NCBI GenBank assembly: GCA_951406725.2
Contig: OX597833.1
Coordinates: 37,138,001 to 37,202,000 of the forward strand
Direction: 5' to 3'
Length of the DNA stretch: 64,000 bases
Source of the DNA: Octopus vulgaris
Lineage: Eukaryota
Shown here: in pieces, positions 52,180-64,000 of the stretch
Layout: each line of letters starts with the position of its first letter
How positions within the stretch are numbered: the first letter of the stretch is position 1
Made by a program: the position numbers and the translations under genes
The notes under the pieces: generated by a model
The model's input: only the letters and a program-made list of their open reading frames with translations
The model's database searches: none
What the model was told of the DNA's origin: nothing

Positions 52180-52905
52180 AGATAGGAATTCAAATGTTAG
52201 TCTCTGTTCCAAGATGTATCTCACAGATGCCTTTGGATGCATCATCGGTGATGTTTATGGGTCTTTCAACACCAGACTCCAACTGGAGAAAGACATTAGA
52301 TAGCTTGCATGCTATCTAATGGCTTTCTTGGCTAATTCAGTAATGGAATGTATGGGCCTTCTTTTTGCTGCAGCTGTAACTCCAAGCCTAGTTTGAGTTT
52401 TGCAGAGTGAATGCAACATAAAATTCCAGCAGCCTATTTCAGTTAGCTTGCAATGAGCCCACTATCCTTGGTTTCTGTGCTGCTCTACTAGCTCAGAGTA
52501 TTTGGAAAGATTTCTTTCATCAGTTCTTCCCAGGGCACAGTCAATTCCTACATGAACACCTGTTTGGTGGATTTTGAGATGATAGCTATGTTTGGGTAGA
52601 TGTCATTGGTATGATGTACACTTGGAAACACTCAGATCCTCTCAGCTACCAATCTGGGGCTGCGGAAAGTAAGCACAGTTGTTGATGTTTCAGAAAACCA
52701 GGCTTCTCTCCAGCTTTGAGAAAAGTGATATCTCTTTCCTGGGATGATGTTAACTGGACTGAATAACAGTTGTTACCATCCGTGCAATCATCTTGATCTC
52801 CTGGCCATGTCACCATTAACAGGTTTGTTAAGGCTTTGGGGCAGCTATTGAAGAGATGGTGAAGGGTCACTCTTTTAGTACATAAGGGACAGCAGGTGTT
52901 TTACT
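52180..52905 (-). mobile_element. HERO/R2-group (RLE-type) non-LTR retrotransposon 3' fragment
   Basis: Minus strand: CCHC knuckle CPLCTKRVTLHHLFNSCPKAL. Then restriction-like endonuclease IYPNIAIISKSTKQVFM*ELTVPWEE, KYSELVEQHRNQG*WAHCKLTEIGCWNF and SLCKTQTRLGV..AKKAIR. Multiple stops and frameshifts. Confidence 0.85.
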
Positions 52906-53290
52906 TCTATAAGTGATGAACAAATAAATAGACATCTATATTTCTTTTCTATTTCTTTTGAATTTCTTATAAATTTGTTTTTAGATTTTATAAAAAGTGA
53001 ACAATTTTCACTTGCGATGTGATGTTTTTAATATGAAATCGTGTTAGATAATGAAGAATGGGGATAGTATTGTTTGTTTTTCTGTTGGATGAACTTTTTA
53101 ACTCACAATTTTTTATTTCCATTAAAGAATTTTATTTTAGATATTGTTTTCAGATAGAAGCATTTACTAGTACGAGCTTAAGACAGTCTGTTTAGAAATT
53201 TACGCATGAATAACAATTTGTCCACTCTCTCCATCATATGAAATTGTTTTAGATGAAATATTTTATCTTCATTTTTTTTTTTCTTTTCAG

Positions 53291-53338
53291 CTTGTACCAT
53301 TTCATGCTTACAAAAAGCAGAAAACCCAAGGGTAAATG
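53291..53338 (+). other. Candidate 48-nt exon
   Basis: Very strong acceptor (T)11CTTTTCAG| and donor ATG|GTAAGT. Length is a multiple of 3, with two open frames (CTISCLQKAENPRVN or LYHFMLTKSRKPKGK). Confidence 0.55.
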
Positions 53339-53845
53339 GTAAGTTCAATATTTTTCACATTAAACTTTTTTGCCACAGTAACTTAATGATGTATTTGATT
53401 TCATGTTAAAAGGATAGTTGCTTTTTTTTTTTCCTGCTCCCATTGTTACAACCTTTTCTACTTTAGGCTCTACTTTAACAATCCTCCACCCCAGTTATAA
53501 GTGATATAAAATTACATTTCAAGATATTCTTTTTAAATTCACTCCACTTTCTTTTTAATAGTTTCTTAATTTCACAACAAATGCATTTTCAATCAGTCAA
53601 CATTTGCTTTCAGAATTTCTTTTGGCTTTTTATATTTAAGTTTTTGCCTTTTATTTATTTATTTTTTTATCACTGGTAATATTGTTTCAACAGATTAGAA
53701 TAATTCTAAGATGTACTCTTATTTCTCCTGAAACTATTTCTCTTTTATATTACTGAAAATTTATTGTGGGCTGCAATTAGGAAAAGTAGAATCTCACTGT
53801 TTTTATATTGGAATTTAATAGATCTGAACTTACATCATATTTCTT

Positions 53846-53887
53846 GAGAAATTATGTTAATATTAAGAGAAATTATGTTAATATTAA
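53846..53887. repeat. 21-bp tandem duplication
   Basis: GAGAAATTATGTTAATATTAA x2. Confidence 0.95.
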
Positions 53888-56800
53888 GAAAACGTAAAAA
53901 GCACTTGAGAGCATAAGATATGTTAAATCCATTTGAAATTGACAGGAAATATTTGTTCCCAATGAAATAAATAATTCATCATTCCATATATCGTTGAGTC
54001 AGGATTAATAACAGAGTGAAGTAGTAGTAGTTATTGTTGAATAACCTTGAGCTTATCAGGTGGGAGACGAAGATTAATTGCAAAGAGTGGATGGCCATGG
54101 TTTGAGAGTAAAATCAGACTGTGTTGTAATAAAAAAAAAATTTTTTTAAACCCTAATGGTTTTGTTTTTATTCAAATTTTGGACACTTCTCAACTGTATA
54201 ATTTAAGACTTATTACCTTTGGGGGTTTCTATATGCAGTTAATTTATTCCTTATTACTTCTCATGGTTTAAATACGACTGAAATACATGTAAGTTCAAAT
54301 TTTGATCTTATAGAGACTGAAGTGATTATTAACTGAGAGTTCTTAAATAAATAGATATTTACAGTAACTTAATAAATATCGGTGGTGAAATCAGTTGTAA
54401 CAGTAGTTAGCATAGAATGGTTGACATTAGTTTCTCTTTTCAATTTAAATTACATTATTTGTCATACTATAATAGTGAAAGTTTGCGCTTCAATCAGTCT
54501 GCATATACTTTTATTCTTTTGAACTGTAGCCAAGCTGGATCCTTATCTTCTAGGATTTTACTGGGTCACATCAATTTCTGATACCACTTATTTTATTGAT
54601 CTCTGTTTTTCATATGAATAAGTTCCTTTTTGATGTAAAAGGATTCAACTCGATGTTGTTTTAAACTAGTGCTTGTGGACACAGACACACACGCACACCC
54701 ATAATGTATTGGTCAAGCTAAGACTACAATGTAAAATACCCATAACCACAGACATCTTAACCACACAGCTATGCCGGCTCTCTATGTGGTTCATGCAATC
54801 ATTGTAACTTTACAAATATTCACAGTAAATGTTAATCTGGAATAATGTATATGCAATGTATATAATCACATTTAATCAGCCCACCTAGTTTTAGTCATTC
54901 TAAAATATTTTTATTATAATGGAACTTACGTAAATATAGTTATATGTAACTGAAATAATGCTAGCAATTTCTATACCACTTATTGCACCTTCTCTAAGTA
55001 ACTCATACCTCACACCATCTCATACACCAACCTTCATTCTGGAAGAATGAAAGAGAAAGTGTAAAAGAAGAGAGAAGAGTTGTTTATTGGCAAACAAGAC
55101 TTTTTACTGGTCTCAATAAGGGAGCCATTGCATGGTTGCTTGATCTGCTGGAAATTGCAACCAGAATTTTAAATTACATCCTTCTATCTTCAATAATGTA
55201 TTGGAAATGTAGTCTTGATGAGCAAAAAGACAGAATAGTCATGATGAGAATGTCTTTTATTTTAGGTCTGTTTGAACATGGCTGTGTTGATATAAACAAT
55301 AACAGCAAGTATCTTTGCATTGAATCAAGTTTACTTCTAGTATTTAGAAATAGTAGCAAAATTTCCCTCAACACACACACTACCAGCTTAAATTAGGAAA
55401 GGCGACGTTAGATAATGTAGACTTGTATATGAAAAAAAGATGAAGTAATAATGACATAAACTAGGATTTTAAGTATATGCATTTATCTGTTTCAGAATTT
55501 ACTTTCATTTACAGTCTAGATATATTTATCTCCCTTGTTAAATAAACATAACTAAACTTATTTCTTCAATATACTGATGGAATGTAAAATTCTAGATTTT
55601 CTTTTAAACCCTGCAAGTCCCTCTCTCAACTTATTTCTTTTCATGCAGTATGTGTGTATGAGACAGAGAGAAGTGGGATTTTAAAAATATTTTTCTGATA
55701 GTTCACAAAATGTTTTGGCTACATTTTCAAATATGGTGCATGGTAAGAATAATAATTTATCACCCTAACTATGTACACACTCCTGTATTTTGTGTATGTG
55801 AACAATACAGCTGTAACGAACCTCTAGTGCTTGTTCAGGAAATGTTAGCAGTAACTGCTGTACTAAGTTTGTGTGTAATGTCAGACGGAGGAAATAGAAA
55901 TAATACTTATTTATCAGCTATGTTTCTTAACTATCAAACTCTATGAAAACTTCTATGTAAACACTTGATCTGCTAAAAATAGTGGCCAAATTTCTCTGAA
56001 GTTACATCCTACCATCTTTAAAAAGACTTAGAGGGTAATGGAATCTTAGAATTCTATGTCTGATTTAAAGATTGGATGGTCATAGCTGGAATGTCTTTGT
56101 TATAAGTCTGTTGGATTAGTGTTAACCTAAGGCTAAAGAACAACACTTAACAATCAATTCATACTTTTGACCCATGTCATATTCTTGTCTCTCTTATAAA
56201 GAAATTAATGGGTGTAATGTTGTCACTATTCTTATAATCTTTTAAATTATTATTATTTATCCAGTAGACCACAACTAGTAAATCTTCTAATTTGCTGCCA
56301 ATACATTATTATTGATTTGACAAAGAATATCATTTTTTGCTTGAATTCTTTTGCCCATTTCAAATTTTTCATTTTGTTTTGACATCACACAAATAAATTA
56401 ATTTCAGGATTTGAGCATTGTTTAAAAACGTCAAGGGTTACAAAAGAATTGTCAATAGATATGTGACTATAGTTCTTACTGATTTAGTATTTATCTAATT
56501 CAAATTAACTGTTTTTAACTCTTGATTTCAAGGGCTGAATTTATGAAGTTTTCTCTTAGAAAGAAGCTCTCATACTTTGCATATATTTTGTTGAAATCTA
56601 GTACCAGCTGGTACACTTAGCACATGACTATTTATATCTTTTATAACTGACCTCCATCTAGGAGCCAATCAACTGCTCTATTGATTTGTGTGTGTATATG
56701 CGCATGCATAAACATGCACACACACACATACACACACATGCGCTTTCTATTATTTTGCAAAATTCAAGCTGTGGCATGTTAATTTAACTGCATAAAGTAA

Positions 56801-57024
56801 TATAATGTGGTCTTTGCGATTAACTGTCAGTTGTACATTATTGCACTTACTTTCTTCTAGTATTTGTTTTTTTTATTTTATTATTTTAGGTTTGGTTTTT
56901 ATTTTGTTAAATATTCCCATTTTTGGCTCATAATTATGCTGATGTTTGACCATGATGTCTAACTTTTTAAATTCCAATCTACCTCCAACAAGCCAGATTT
57001 TGGTCTAATTATACCTTTACATTA

Positions 57025-57250
57025 GAAGGCTGCATCGGCCCAGTCTGATCTGGCAGTGTTTCTACTGCTGGATGCCCTTCCTAACACCAACCACTCATGA
57101 GTGTAGTGGGTGCTTTTTATGTGCCAGACGGAGCTGGCAAACGGCCACGGACGGATGGTGCTTTTTACGTGCCACCGGCGAGGCTGGCAACGGCCACGAT
57201 CGGATGGTGCTTTTTACGTGCCACCGGCACGGGGGCCAGGCGAGGTGGCA
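57025..57250 (-). mobile_element. Repeat family C with internal ~48-bp tandem units
   Basis: TTTCTACTGCTGGATGCCCTTCCTAACACCAACC followed by three GGTGCTTTTTAYGTGCCA motifs. Confidence 0.8.
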
Positions 57251-58332
57251 GTACAAGTTAGTCACTGATCTGTCAGGTTTTTTTCCATTCAAACTTATTC
57301 CCTTCATATATCCTTAAAAGGAAAGAAAGTTACATGATAGGAATTTTTGTTTTTTTAAAAGGAAATGTTCTTAAACCTTTTTTTAAAACTATTGTAAGAT
57401 ATAATGTACTAATGAGTGGAATAATCACCAAATATATATATACTAATTGAGATTAGGAGAGTTATTTAGATTCACCCTGATCAAAAGGGGTGGTTGTGAC
57501 TATAAGTCACTATAAGATGGTGGTGTTATCAAGTAAGTATAAAGTGAAAGTAGTGAAAAGATCTAGGATAGGTGCAGTCATAGCTATGGGGTAAGAAGTT
57601 TGCTTCCCAACCACATAGCACTTTGGGTATGTCAGTCAAGGTCCTGTGGGAAACTGAAAGAACGTGTATCTTAATGTTTATGCTTATGTTCCCCACTCCC
57701 TGTTTGACAACTGGTGTTAGTTTGTTTATGTCCCTGTAACTTCGCAATTCAGCATAAGAAACTGATAGAATTAGTATCAGGCTTTTTAAAAAAGTATTGA
57801 AGTCGATTCACTTGACTAAACCCTTCAAGGTGGTACCCCAGCATGGCCATAGGCCAGTGTCTGAAACAAGTAAAAAAAATGTTTAGAGAAAAGAATGCAA
57901 TTATTATTAGAGCATATTCTTTATGTTTAAATTTAGAAGTAGTAGGGATTTACTTAGATGTTTAATACTAGTCCAATAGGTTTTTAAGTATTTCTTGCTT
58001 GGTACTTCTCAAACAAAATATCAAAGTACAAAATGGAAAAGCTTTATTCTTGGTTAAATACTGAGAAACTAAACACACACAATAAAGGGAGAGAATTAGG
58101 CAATTTAACAACATTGTCTCTTGGTTGCTGTTTTGTGTACAAGTTAGTCACTGATCTGTCAGGTTTTCTTCCATTCAAACTTATTATTCCCTTCATATAT
58201 CCTTAAAAGAAAAAGGAAAGAAGAAAGTTACATGATAGGAATTTTTGTTTTTTTTTAAAAGGAAATGTTCTTAAACCTTTTTTTAAAACTATTGTAAGAT
58301 ATAATGTACTAATGAGTGGAATAATCACCAAA
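57251..58332 (+). repeat. Dispersed direct duplication of ~185 bp (57251-57432 and 58137-58332)
   Basis: GTACAAGTTAGTCACTGATCTGTCAGG...GAGTGGAATAATCACCAAA occurs twice, differing by small indels. Confidence 0.95.
57570..57878 (+). mobile_element. SINE family A, internally deleted
   Basis: GGTGCAGTCATAGCTATGGGGTAAGAAGTTTGCTTCCCAACCAC...CTGAAACAAGTAAAA. Confidence 0.8.
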
Positions 58333-59105
58333 CTTGTTAAAAATATATATTCTGTAATTACTTTGGCTTTTGATTTTCTTTTAAAATGATTAAAAGTAGC
58401 TTTTATATGAAATTTTATAAATCAGTTACTCTATTTTAATGGTATAAGATCTTAAGCTATGCACTTTATTACAATCTATTGTAATAATAATGACTGGACC
58501 TATCAATCTGTCATGCACACATATGCTGGTGCATATGCACACAAACACACTATTTCATTGATCTCTGTTCTGTCCATGGTGTTGTATCTGCCAGCACAAT
58601 TCTCTCTTTGTCAGTGTGTGTGTGTACATGTTTAATCATCTTTTAGCGAGGTGGAAAGGCAGTGCTCAAGACCCTTTACAAGGTCTTTGATAAGAGAGAA
58701 GAAAGGCGTCATCAAACAAGAGATATGACCAGAATGCTTGCAATGGAGTTAACTTTTAGAGGCACTCAAAGCTCAAGTGGTATTGAGTCTACCACCCAAA
58801 TGTAGGATTTCAACTCAACTTGTAGTTCTGGAACAAATACAAGCAATCCATCCTGATGTTCTTACAGTTCTACTAATCTATTACTCTGGATTGCTATATT
58901 TTTTTTTATTTCATTTTATTTTTTATTGACTCAAAAGAAGATGAAAGGTGAAGTTAAACTTGATGGGATTTGCGCTCAGTGCAGAGAAACAGAACAAATA
59001 CTGAAAGACATTCTATCCAATTCTCTAACAGCTGTACTAATTCAACTAATTCAAAACACAAACACACAGGTACCTTGTAGCATTCATTCTGACCCTTTGG
59101 GATCA

Positions 59106-59280
<175 letters not shown>

Positions 59281-60159
59281 GAAATTGTCTGTGGTTTAGT
59301 CTGAAGGTATGTGGAGAAGGATGGGCTTTTTCAGATTTAGATCCCCAAGAAACATTATATATTATGACTAGTGCTATCTTAAGGTAGGTGCTCTGGCTGT
59401 TGCAGCACCACACCCCAGGAGGTATATGGGCCCATTAATATAATTTGATTAAATATCAGTTGTAGTGAGATGGAGCCTACTTTTTGGGGTACAGCACCTT
59501 GGCTTAGAAGTATGTTTATAATGTTTTGTGTGTGTGTGTGCACATGCACAATATTATTCATTTAGTTCATTAAACAATATTTTTGTTACATAAATTTATT
59601 TATAACTGTTTGCAGCTGTTGGTAGTAAAAGAAAATTGAATATGGTTCTGCCATTAGTGCACCTGAGCACTGTATACAATAAGTTCATTATTATATTACA
59701 CAGCAGTCTGTTTTCCTCTATTCTAATGATTCATCTTGAGATTTATATGATAGTTGTGGACTAACTGATTACTCACAAAACTGGGACTGTTCCCACTGAC
59801 AGTAAATCACATATATACAGTTTTATCAAGTTAAACAGGCATCAAAACTTTAAATTACAGAATTGACTAAACAAGTATTCTTTAACCATCGGTTGTCATT
59901 GATTTAGGAGAAAAATTTTATAGCTGGTTTAGCCTTTCCATTACTAACTACTGTCTCATGTAGCAACATTTACAATTATTTTTTTAGTTGAACTGAGAAT
60001 AATATTTCTCAGCCAAAGACAACAGCTGTAGAACAGTACACACATAGATAATTTTATATTTTTGAATAAGTCCAAGACAGTTTTGTGTCATATATGCATG
60101 TATGTATGTGTTCTGGCGTTTCGAATGACATCCAGCTGTAAAAATCTTGCCAAAACTGA

Positions 60160-60346
60160 TCTCACCTGTGCTTGAGCCACATAAAAAGCACTTTGTCCAC
60201 TCTGCTGGGTGGTTGGTATTAGGAAAGGCATCCAGCCATAAAAGCCCTACCAAGACAGACACAAAAGTCTGGTGCAGGTTCCTCTCAAAGCATCCAATCC
60301 ATGTCAGCATGGAAAGCAGACATTAAGTGATGATGATGATGATGAT
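60160..60346 (+). mobile_element. Repeat family C with (GAT)n tail
   Basis: GGTTGGTATTAGGAAAGGCATCCAGCC...CATGTCAGCATGGAAAGCAGACATTAAG(TGA)n. Confidence 0.8.
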
Positions 60347-60376
60347 GGTGTGTGTGTGTGTGTGCGCGCGCGCATG

Positions 60377-60407
<31 letters not shown>

Positions 60408-60410
60408 TTG

Positions 60411-60444
<34 letters not shown>

Positions 60445-60470
60445 CTTACTTTATTTAAAAGCAGCAGAAA

Positions 60471-60529
60471 TTTAACAAAAGCTGTTACTCAGAGTTTCAC
60501 GTTCCCGTTCGTCAGACAGTTTTGTTAAA
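60471..60529 (-). ncRNA. Type I hammerhead ribozyme (complete core)
   Basis: Minus strand: UUUAACAAAACUGU-CUGACGA-ACG-GGAA-CGU-GAAA-CUC-U-GAG-UA^ACAG(C)UUUUGUUAAA. All core nucleotides are present. Stem I 14 bp with one bulge, stem II 3 bp with a GNRA loop, stem III ACUC/GAGU, GUA cleavage triplet. Confidence 0.85.
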
Positions 60530-61694
60530 ATAGAACCAAGATGACAATTCTATCAAGACTAGTATAAACGTTACACCTTTAAAAATGGATTTGTTTGATT
60601 GGTCCTTTCAGATAACGGTCATATGCGAGCGATAAACAAAACAAATAAATGAGTTCAATATGAAATTATAAAATCGAGGAAAAACCTTAAATCGAAGATT
60701 TGGTTCAAATACATATTGTCATTAATTATGTAGAAAATATAATTCAATTAATACATAAAAATTGAAATTAAAATATTTCTCAACAGTACATACTCATACT
60801 AAACCATCAATATACATGTATACATCAAAATACACAGATAGATGTGCGCAGACATATAAATACAAAACGAAAATATACACACAAATACATGTACACATAT
60901 GTATACGCAATCTTGCTCGCATGCAAAAATCACTTGGTGTATACATATAGACTATAAGCATGATCTAATTATCTCAGTATATATTAAATCTTTGTTTAAC
61001 TCTGCAAGTTGCCTCTTTCCTATTACTGAGCAACAGTCATGATATCATTTTATGTCATTGAGTTCAGCCTATCATTTTAAATTTTACTATCTCACTACTT
61101 AGCTGGGATGAAAGCATAAAGTAAAAGCTATTAAGAACTTCAATTTTATCCGTACCATATTGTGATGACTAAGTTACTGAACATTGAACTAAATTTCATT
61201 CAGCAGTGACTCAACGGTTACATGTCAACTTAACCCATCCAATGCGCAGTTTGACAACCACTGATATAGAGTATATAGCTTTGTTTAATATTACTCTAGG
61301 TTTAAATTCTCTGCAGACAGATTTTCTTTGAAGAATATCAGTTTTATTTGTGAACGTTGTAACCTTTACCCAGGATAAAAAAAAAAAGAAGCAATTACTT
61401 TCATGATAATAAGAATTTAAGCAGTATATTTTTAAAAGATATCAATGTTTCAATAGCTTTCAGAAAAAAAGCTGTTTTTACATAACAACTAGAGTTTCAT
61501 AATTGATTAAAAGTATTTGTTGGAATGCGAAATATGTAAATTTAGTGAATATAATATTTACAAAAATGGAATTGCTATATCTCACATTCATGCATGCACA
61601 CACTCATGAAGAATCAATGTTGTCCAAGAGGTAATCCAATGGTATAACATAATTCAAGAATTAAAGTACTCCAAAGTATTGGTCAGATTAACGA

Positions 61695-61850
61695 TATGGC
61701 TTAGTGGGTAAGGTTTTGGATTCATGATCATAAGATTGTGGTTTCAGTCCTTTGACTGGGTACTGAATTGTATCCTTGGCCAAGGCACATCATTTCATGT
61801 TGCTCCCGTCTACTTAGTTGAAACTGAGTACCATCCATCCAACTAACCAA
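61695..61850 (+). mobile_element. SINE family D, diverged
   Basis: TGGCTTAGTGGGTAAGG...GGTTTCAGTCC...CCTTGGCCAAGGCACATCATTTCATGTTGCTCC. Confidence 0.7.
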
Positions 61851-63854
61851 CCAAGTGTTGGTGCAACCCTTTCTCCCATTAGCTGTCACACCTTCAGTGT
61901 TCCACTGTGACAAGGGAAGGATGGCAAGAGGGAGTTCTGTGTCTGCTTGTAACTACATAAGCACCAAAAGAAATTACCAGAAGTCTGATACAATCAATCA
62001 AGTCATACTAGCTTGCAGATGACAGTTAAGCAAAGCATGTGTGATCATGTTTGTGTAATCATCATCACCTTTATGACCCATGTTTACATAAGTTACAAAA
62101 ATTATTGAAACAGATTTTTTTCTACAACCAGATGCCCTTCCTGTCATCAACACTCACCTGTTTGCAATCAAGTTAATAATTTCCCATGGATGACTAGAAA
62201 CAAATAACACCACTTGTATGACAGTGGTACTTATGTATAGTTGTCATGTGATGTCGAGACAACACACATGCATGATGAGCTTCTTTCAGTTTCCATCTAC
62301 TATATCCACTCACAAGACTTTAGACTTGTGAACCCTTACAACTGAGAAGGAGAATGGGAGAGAGAGCATGATTTTTGTCGATATGGAATGAGGTTAAAGT
62401 ATGATGAGAGGAAACGATTTATTGTTGTGAGAAGGTAGTAGTGGAGTGTGACAAAGGTAACAATGTTGAGTGTCAGGTTTTAGAGAATTAGAGTTACAAG
62501 GATGATGGACTCATTTGAATAGGAGATCATTGCTGTCCCTCATAAAGATAACATGTCCAAGAAATTAAATAGAAGAGAGTGTAGTAACAGAAGTATCTAG
62601 AAGAGTGGGTGAAAGTTGCAAGAATGTGGGTGATGGTTAGAAATATGAGTAGAGGGGGTCTTAGCTAAATAGGAGTGGAGATGGTCTAAAGTAAATGGGA
62701 GTAAAGGTAGTTGATGGTAAAAAGAGATAAAGGTGGCTGATAGTAAATAGGCTTGGAAGTGGAAAATATGGTTTGGGTTGGTTGATGGCAAGAGTGAGAG
62801 ATAACCAACAATAAGAATGGCTCAGAGGAGAGGAAGTGATGACTGATAGTAATGAAAGGGTAATGTTATGTAGAAGCAGGTTCTGTTTTCGTTAATTAGT
62901 TTCATATTATGCAGATACAGGAGTGAATGAAGAGGGATGAACAACAGGAAAATGAGACGGGGAAGCAAATGTAGAATTACAGGAACATATTAAATGAGGG
63001 TCCCAAATATTAGCATGCCTATACACAAGTACTTTATCTTCATTATCATCATCATCTCTATTTTCATGTTTGTATGGATCAGATGACAATACGTTTTCTA
63101 TGACCAGATGTCTTTCCTGTTGCCAATCCCCACTTGTTTCCAAGTGAGATAATAATCTCCCAGTCTATCGGGCAACAAACATATCAGACATGTTTACATA
63201 ACATTGTATGAACAAGCCTTTTTGTTTACAAAGATTGTGCAGCATGTAAAGACCTGTCATGAAGCTTGGATGTGCTTTCATGGTGAACTACAAGCAAGCC
63301 ACAATATTAGCAAAGCCATTGTTTACAATCAACAAATGATCACATATGTAAGCAAGAGAAATATAATCTTATGCAAAAACAAACACACACAGACATATAA
63401 ATTTTTGTAAACATGCATGTGTGCACAATAGGCTTCTTTTACTTTCCATCTACCGAATAATTTACTCTCAAGGTTGATCACTACCATCATTTCCAACATT
63501 GCTTTCACCATGCATGCACAAGTTCCATCTACTTCAAACACCTTGCATGTCTTTATATAGCTGTCATTTTCTATATACTTCACATGCTCATGGCAACAGT
63601 CTTATCTCTTGAACACTACATCTGATTTTTTTAGGCCTAGATTTTCTGTGTACTTCATTCATGCATGGTGGCATAACATGTCCAACAGATCATTCTTGTT
63701 TCATTTCTTTCTAGTCTTTGCAAGTCCTCTACATTCAAGGCCAATATTTTACTGTTATGCAGTATTGCATTTCATACCCAAGCATTATAAAATCTGCATT
63801 TAACTTTGAAGGAGAAACATTTTGTTGACAACTGAGTTAATAGCTACTTGGTCT

Positions 63855-64000
63855 TGTGCTAGTGGCACATAAAAAGCACTAACCGATCGTGGCCATTGCC
63901 AGCCTCTTTTGGCCCCTGTGCCGGTGGCACGTAAAAAGCACCCACTACATTCACAGAGTGGTTGGCGTTAGGAAGGGCATCCAGCTGTAGAAACACTGCC
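63855..64000 (+). mobile_element. Repeat family C (runs off window)
   Basis: GTGCCGGTGGCACGTAAAAAGCACCC...GGTTGGCGTTAGGAAGGGCATCCAGCTGTAG, the reverse complement of 57025-57250. Confidence 0.85.

Overview
AT-rich eukaryotic DNA, almost entirely intronic or intergenic. The repeat content (tRNA-headed SINEs, long (TA)n/(CA)n tracts, RTE LINE remnants) points to an octopus or other coleoid cephalopod; this is an inference. No intact multi-codon host CDS can be identified, and all long ORFs in the track are microsatellite artefacts or transposon remnants. Recognisable mobile DNA: RTE and HERO non-LTR fragments, an internally deleted mariner, a DD37D (maT) transposase remnant, hAT MITEs, a Helentron-associated element and at least four SINE families, including two oppositely oriented tandem arrays of a Nin-domain SINE. 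The most notable signals are hammerhead-ribozyme motifs in three unrelated repeats: (1) a complete type I hammerhead at 60471-60529 (-); (2) a TSD-flanked 473-bp fold-back element at 5009-5481 combining a tRNA-like head with a hammerhead core in each arm; (3) a decayed copy at 35303-35337. Transposon-poor, CpG-retaining or motif-dense segments (10.8-11.9 kb, 20.4-23.8 kb, 40.4-43.6 kb) and a few well-formed micro-exons suggest the 5' region of a large, unidentified + strand gene with several promoters or enhancers.
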